From: Oligoflexales bacterium
GTDB lineage: Bacteria; Bdellovibrionota_B; Oligoflexia; Oligoflexales; Bog-1112
Length of the DNA: 12,600 nt
NCBI GenBank assembly: GCA_045105515.1
Contig: JBGCDR010000342.1
Span: forward strand, 1-12,600
Direction of reading: 5' to 3'
Under the pieces are notes generated by a model. That model did no database searches. It worked only from the letters and a program-made list of their open reading frames with translations, and had not been told where the DNA came from. Numbering within the stretch: the stretch's first letter is position 1; each line of letters opens with the position of its first letter. The position numbers and the translations under genes were made by a program. Shown one piece after another: positions 8,135 to 12,600 of the stretch.

Positions 8135-8150
8135 AGCCATGCTTATGCCA
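8135..8150 (-). promoter_or_regulatory. Candidate sigma-54 (-24/-12) promoter for the folK-PPTase unit
   Basis: Minus strand reads TGGCAT-AAGCA-TGGCT, i.e. GG-N10-GC spacing, versus consensus TGGCAC-N5-TTGCW (two mismatches). It lies 25-40 nt upstream of the folK ATG. Confidence 0.3.
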
Positions 8151-8225
8151 TGAATGGCTAGTGTTGCCAAGGGAGTTTAGCGAACATAGGCAAAGTATCG
8201 TAAAAACAAAGGACTATAAATAGAT

Positions 8226-8963
8226 ATGGTTTCTAAGTCTATTGTACAAGAGATTTCTCTTCTAAAACATGAACTTAAGTATCTTAATTGCTTGAACAAG
8301 GGACCTCTCGAATACCTGTCCATTAACTGTTCTTTGAACCTAGGCCAAGAAGATCAGCGAGAAAGTGTGCCATTTATTAGTAGGCTTAGAGGTGAAGTTC
8401 TTTTTATCGTTGAACATATTTTATTGCAGGATGTTGATTCTATCGGCCACGTGCTCAAGAGGTATTTTCTTAGCGATGGAAGCCGCTTAGGTCTAGTCGG
8501 ACGTATGGATATATCACAGATTAGGGGTGAACTAAGATTTAAAGATGGTGAAAGTGGTGAAGTAAAGCAAATAAATTTTGAGGGACACAGAGATGATATA
8601 AGTTTAAAGGTCGAAGAAAATGCATTTGGAAAAGTTGATATTGTCTATGAGAATGGGGTCTGCGGACTTTATCGCTTACGTTTAGCACCTTTTGCCGAGA
8701 TCCCAGTTCATATACATAAAGAAATGTTTGAATCCGAGCTTGTTGCTAGTCAAGGTCTTAACTTGCAAGGGCAACCTGTAAAGTCAGGAATGAGTATCCA
8801 GTGGCCGCAAGATTTTCCTCATAGTTATATAAATTCAAGTGAGCATGGGCAGCTCGTTATATGCATTGATAAGCCAGCTTTTATGCCAAAAGATGAAATT
8901 GTCTTGGCACAAGATACACGCTGTCCTGATCTCGAAGAAAATATGGTGAAGTATTATTGGTAG
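8226..8963 (+). CDS. Two-domain protein: degenerate dihydroneopterin aldolase (FolB)-like N-terminal domain plus C-terminal metal-binding cupin, 245 aa
   Basis: Cupin motif 1 'IPVHIHKEMFESELVASQG' (HxH-x4-E) and motif 2 'GMSIQWPQDFPHSYIN' (G-x5-P-x4-H-x3-N) are clear. The N-terminal ~120 aa align by eye with the FolB strand-strand-helix-helix-strand-strand pattern ('SRLRGEVLFIVEHILLQDVDSIGHVLKRYFL'); this part is less certain. AAGGA upstream. Confidence 0.62.
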   Translation: MVSKSIVQEISLLKHELKYLNCLNKGPLEYLSINCSLNLGQEDQRESVPFISRLRGEVLFIVEHILLQDVDSIGHVLKRYFLSDGSRLGLVGRMDISQIRGELRFKDGESGEVKQINFEGHRDDISLKVEENAFGKVDIVYENGVCGLYRLRLAPFAEIPVHIHKEMFESELVASQGLNLQGQPVKSGMSIQWPQDFPHSYINSSEHGQLVICIDKPAFMPKDEIVLAQDTRCPDLEENMVKYYW

Positions 8964-8978
8964 ATAGAGGTTATGAAT

Positions 8979-9683
8979 ATGAAGACAGTGCTTATTACAG
9001 GTGGATCTAGAGGGATTGGTTTTGATATAGCGCAAAAGTTTTTTGATGAAGGATATGAAGTTATATGCCTTTCTCGATCTGCTAGTTCTGAAAAAAAAAA
9101 CTGGCAATATATAAATTGCGATATACGAGAAAAGGCTGAAATTGAATCTCTAGGAAAAATGCTGCAATCATCCTTAAAAAAAGTTCAAGTTGTCGTTAAT
9201 AATGCCGGTATAGCTGGAAAAAATTCACTTGACTCAGATGATAGTGATGAACTGTGGTACGATATCATAGCTACAAATTTGCATGGACCTTATCATGTTT
9301 GCAAAACCTTGATTCCATTGATGCCCGAGGGTGGGAGTATCATTAACATCACCTCTGTTTTGGCTCATACAGGAGTGGCAGATCAAACTGCATACTGTGC
9401 AGCAAAACACGGTTTATTGGGATTTACAAAAGCACTTGCTAAAAATTTAGCTCATAAAAACATTACAGTAAATGCAATTGCACCTGGTTGGGTTGAGACC
9501 CGAATGGCTGAACAAAGAATGGAAGAGTTAAACCTTTCAAAAGCTGATCTATGTAGTATGGTCCCTCTTAGGAGGTTTATTGCTGGTAGTGAAATAGCTG
9601 CAATGGCCTATTATTTAGCTGGTTCACAGGCAAGAGGAATTACTGGACAATCTTTTGTAGTTGATGGTGGATTTTTGAGTTGA
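8979..9683 (+). CDS. Classical short-chain dehydrogenase/reductase (FabG-like), probably NADP(H)-dependent
   Basis: 'TGGSRGIG', 'LSRS' at the end of beta2 (basic residue, no Asp), 'VNNAG', catalytic Ser in 'ITSV', 'YCAAK', 'ITGQSFVVDGG'. GAGG (8967-8970) spacing favours ATG 8979 over 8973. Starts 9-15 nt after the cupin gene, so probably co-transcribed. Confidence 0.92.
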   Translation: MKTVLITGGSRGIGFDIAQKFFDEGYEVICLSRSASSEKKNWQYINCDIREKAEIESLGKMLQSSLKKVQVVVNNAGIAGKNSLDSDDSDELWYDIIATNLHGPYHVCKTLIPLMPEGGSIINITSVLAHTGVADQTAYCAAKHGLLGFTKALAKNLAHKNITVNAIAPGWVETRMAEQRMEELNLSKADLCSMVPLRRFIAGSEIAAMAYYLAGSQARGITGQSFVVDGGFLS

Positions 9684-9841
9684 TAAATTTTTAGTTTATT
9701 TCCTATCATTATTTATGTTGATAAATTTACATATCCTGAACTCTTGATCATAAGCTATCCAATTTTTATTTATTTTAAAATTTAATTGTGAGATAAGAAC
9801 CCTAACGTTTCTATGAAAAAACTTAACGAATAGTGGTTTTT

Positions 9842-11857
9842 ATGATCTTAAATAGAGCAAACCTAATGATAATCTGGAGTGTGTTTGTTTCTTGTTTTTT
9901 TCAAGAAAAAGCTTTTAGTGTCGATGGTTTGAGCGAAGATCCCTTGTTAGCATTAGCAAATTCGGACGAACAAAAGTACGAAGATGCAGTTAGTATAAGG
10001 AACTTTTTACGGGATATCATTTTAGCAGCAAGCAAGAGCGAAACAGAAACTGCCCGCTATATGCGGAAAGCAATTGCGAAGCACCCCAAAATATTTCATA
10101 AACTTGTTACAAAAAATTCACTGAATTATTGGCGGGAAGTCCTGTCTATTGCTGATATTCCGGTTAAAATGGACTCGACAGCAGCTTGGTTTAAAGAATT
10201 CAATAACGTAGTTAGGTCTGGAGAAATTAGTAAGGCGATTGCCGATTTTGCAAGTGATTACGCAAGCAAATATACAGGCTTATGGGAATTTATGCGCTAT
10301 GAAGATCGTATTCAGATATTGGAGAGATTTTCCGACGAAAGTTTTATTTTTATTTCAAAACTAATATTGAAACTAATTGACAGAATTGATTTTTCGAATG
10401 AACCATGTTTGCAAATGTTAAAAGATCCCCAGCAAGGACTGTCGATTGGATATGTACCTGATTCGTTTTTAGAGTTTGCTTATCTGCTTATCGATCAGTA
10501 CTTCAACAAATATGATGCTAGGGAAAAATCACTTATAATAGCCGATATTTTGGACCTGCAAGCTCATTGTTCAGACGCAGATAAATTAGCTGCTTTTTTA
10601 AATGGTTCAGGTCCCGTAGTGCAAAAATTTTTTCAGCTTATGGGAGAACATGTAGAAAGTGAAAAGATCAGCAAATTAGTTAATCGCCTCAAATCAAATG
10701 TTAAGCCTTTTTCTCATAAACAAGTGAAAAAAATTTTGGAGGCGTCTTACAATAAGCCAATTGAAAAAATGTTTTTTAAATTTGAAAAAAAACCATTGGC
10801 GTCAGCCACCATTGCTCAGGTACATCGAGCCCTTTTAAAGGAACATAGTAAGCCTATAGTCGTTAAGGTCAGGAGACCAAATATAGTAGCAAGAGCTAAA
10901 AAAGAAATTGCAATTATAAGGTCACTAACTCAGTGCGCAGGGATTTTGAAAATTACAGACAAACTAGAAAAAATTATAGATGAGGAAACAGACTTACAAA
11001 TGGAGGCTGGGTATTTAAAAAGTGGAGCTATATATAATCGCAAAGGTAAAGGAATACATGCAGTTAAACTCATCGAAGAATACCCTCCTAGGCCAGGTGT
11101 GATCATGATGGAACTTGCAAATGGAAAGAGTATTCATAAGTTTAATAAATTTGAGGATTTAAAACGCAAATCGATTGGCCTCAAGCGACTATATAAAATT
11201 TGGCTAAGGGAAGCTTTTTTTGGTGACGGTTTTTTTCACGCAGACCTTCATTCGGGAAATTTATTCTATAAACGCAGAAAAAAGTCACCAGGTTATTTGT
11301 TAACCCTATTGGATTTTGGTAGCGTGGGAAAATTAAACTTTTATGAGCGTAAGGCTTTAGTCAAATTAGGTCTAGGAATTTCAATGGAAGATGCACAGCT
11401 GGTATTGCTTGGATTCAGACCTTTTGAAAAAATGAACTGCGAACAAGCTCAGGAATATTATAAAGTAGTTGAAAATATCTTAGGCCAAAATTCAAATGCC
11501 GTAGAAAAAACCAATCAGATTTTGGATGAAGCCTTAAATAGAGAATTCTCCCTAAGTAAGAATTTCCTTCAGTTTAACAGGGGAAAAGCGTTTTTGGAGG
11601 ATATGATTTACAAGAATAATAAGGATTTAAGTGCGGTTGGTGGTGAAAAATGGCAAGTCTCATCTTGGAGAATTTATTCTAAAATGATTATGAAAAAGTT
11701 GCCAGGTCTCCTCAATAAGTCCTTGTTTGGGAATTTGAATAAACCACACTCACCTGTGGATAAGTTAACCCTGAATTTCACCTGGCAGTATGTAAAGCAG
11801 CATTTCTTTATGGGGCACTATAAATCAGGTGACTTTGATATATGTGAAGGCCGATAA
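9842..11857 (+). CDS. ABC1/UbiB/AarF family atypical protein kinase with long N-terminal extension and putative signal peptide
   Basis: 'GPVVQKFFQ' (KxGQ position), 'LKSNVKPF', A-rich loop 'PLASATIAQVHRA', beta3 'VVKVRRP', 'EETDLQMEA', 'MELANG', catalytic loop 'GFFHADLHSGN', 'LLDFGSVG'. N-terminus 'MILNRANLMIIWSVFVSCFFQEKAFS'. Start ATG 9842 or GTG 9833. Confidence 0.88.
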   Translation: MILNRANLMIIWSVFVSCFFQEKAFSVDGLSEDPLLALANSDEQKYEDAVSIRNFLRDIILAASKSETETARYMRKAIAKHPKIFHKLVTKNSLNYWREVLSIADIPVKMDSTAAWFKEFNNVVRSGEISKAIADFASDYASKYTGLWEFMRYEDRIQILERFSDESFIFISKLILKLIDRIDFSNEPCLQMLKDPQQGLSIGYVPDSFLEFAYLLIDQYFNKYDAREKSLIIADILDLQAHCSDADKLAAFLNGSGPVVQKFFQLMGEHVESEKISKLVNRLKSNVKPFSHKQVKKILEASYNKPIEKMFFKFEKKPLASATIAQVHRALLKEHSKPIVVKVRRPNIVARAKKEIAIIRSLTQCAGILKITDKLEKIIDEETDLQMEAGYLKSGAIYNRKGKGIHAVKLIEEYPPRPGVIMMELANGKSIHKFNKFEDLKRKSIGLKRLYKIWLREAFFGDGFFHADLHSGNLFYKRRKKSPGYLLTLLDFGSVGKLNFYERKALVKLGLGISMEDAQLVLLGFRPFEKMNCEQAQEYYKVVENILGQNSNAVEKTNQILDEALNREFSLSKNFLQFNRGKAFLEDMIYKNNKDLSAVGGEKWQVSSWRIYSKMIMKKLPGLLNKSLFGNLNKPHSPVDKLTLNFTWQYVKQHFFMGHYKSGDFDICEGR

Positions 11858-11968
11858 GTCACCTAGGACACAATTACGCGAGATCTTAGTGGACACCACT
11901 CCATTACCTTCCTATACTTGGGCTGTGGTCGGCAGTAGTCGAGATGATATTACCCCTGCTTAAAAAAT

Positions 11969-12214
11969 TTATTTATCTTCATCAGACTTGGCATTTTGCA
12001 GACAAGACTTTAGATATTCTAGATTCTGTTTCCAAGCTTTGGAATAGCAGTCAGGATCTCCTTGAGAGTCACATTTTTCTAATTGATGATATCCAAGGAG
12101 TTGGGCTTTAACTAGACAAAGCCCATGTTTCTTTTTCTCTCTGGGACTTGGATCTTCACTAGCAAAACTTAAACCTGAAATCAAACCCAGTCCTATAATC
12201 AAATTCTTTATCAT
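11969..12214 (-). CDS. Small secreted cysteine-containing hypothetical protein, 81 aa (C-x14-C-x7-C-x14-C)
   Basis: AGGAG 5 nt upstream of ATG 12214; Sec-type signal 'MIKNLIIGLGLISGLSFA'; hydrophilic mature part with four regularly spaced Cys. Confidence 0.75.
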   Translation of the reverse strand: MIKNLIIGLGLISGLSFASEDPSPREKKKHGLCLVKAQLLGYHQLEKCDSQGDPDCYSKAWKQNLEYLKSCLQNAKSDEDK

Positions 12215-12465
12215 CTTTTCTCCTATGGTGAGCACTCAAAGCAGTTTCAGAGGGCTCAAACAATTCAAAGGGCGTTTTTAAATAGAATTGCTATTTATGC
12301 TTGTGCTTAAATAGGGAGCAAGAGGGTATGATTTTTACTGGAGTATGTCAATTTATTAAACAGCGAGAGCAAGAATCTTGAATTGATATCGTTCATTAAG
12401 TCCTAAAATATCTTGCAATCAAATCAAACCTAACTGCTTAAATTTATAAGTATCAGATATAATAA

Positions 12466-12600
12466 GGCGGATTGCTAGATTAAGTGCAGAAGAAAAAATT
12501 CCATCGCTTCGGAAGGCGGATTTAGTTTAGTCTATGAGGCTAATCTGCTTGCAAGAAAGGGGTATTTATGTCTGCCAATCTCACTTATGAGCAAAGGTAT
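12466..12600 (+). mobile_element. Left end of a probable IS30-family insertion sequence (truncated by the window edge)
   Basis: GGCGGATTGCTAGATTAAGTGCAGAA (12466-12491) resembles, from memory, IS30-family terminal repeats of the GGCGG...AAGTGCA type. About 100 nt inside, an ORF with an IS30-like N-terminus begins. Confidence 0.62.
12568..12600 (+). CDS. Probable IS30-family transposase, first 11 codons (MSANLTYEQRY...)
   Basis: SD AAAGGGG 5 nt upstream of ATG 12568; 'LTYEQRY' matches the L-T-x-E-[EQ]-R-x-x-I start of the IS30 N-terminal HTH; the frame is open to the window end. Confidence 0.6.
   Translation, partial: MSANLTYEQRY

Noticed and set aside
5834..9107. Short ORFs 5834-6034 (-), 6702-6926 (-), 7433-7627 (+), 8835-9107 (-)
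   Set aside because: Antisense overlaps of confidently called genes with no coding evidence.
8979..9683. Calling the SDR folM/PTR1 or fabG
   Set aside because: It has TGGSRGIG rather than the TGxxxRIG motif typical of pteridine reductases, and no fab gene context; kept as a generic SDR.
9679..9728. 12-bp direct repeat GTTGATAAATTT (9679-9690 and 9717-9728); possible FNR site or CRISPR remnant
   Set aside because: Only two short AT-rich copies, no ATCAA half-site, no array and no cas genes.
9842..11857. Calling the kinase ubiB
   Set aside because: No ubiE/ubiJ context, altered KxGQ, extra N-terminal domain and no evident C-terminal membrane anchor.
12340..12365. GAGTATGTCAATTTATT as a second IS end (IS256-like)
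   Set aside because: Vague resemblance only, with no partner repeat or transposase remnant in the window.

Overview
AT-rich bacterial chromosomal window with about 10 complete genes and gene fragments at both edges. In order: SRPBCC/START-fold protein (-), NhaC-family Na+/H+ antiporter/amino-acid transporter (+), DAACS (GltP/GltT-like) symporter (+), class I SAM methyltransferase (-), cytoplasmic REC-HisKA-HATPase hybrid kinase (+). Next is a divergent four-gene block: folK overlapping an EntD-type 4'-phosphopantetheinyl transferase (-), facing a degenerate FolB-like/cupin fusion plus an NADPH-type SDR (+). Then come a large ABC1/UbiB atypical kinase with an apparent signal peptide (+), a small secreted symmetric 4-Cys protein (-), and the probable left end of an IS30-family element (inverted repeat plus the first 11 transposase codons, not in the ORF track). 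The most interesting items are the possible non-canonical pterin module (folK/PPTase and FolB-cupin/SDR), the apparently exported ABC1 kinase with an altered KxGQ motif, and the twin-CX14C mini-protein. A Bdellovibrionota/Oligoflexia-like or deltaproteobacterial origin is only my impression from gene style. All family calls come from motif recognition by eye; no searches were run.
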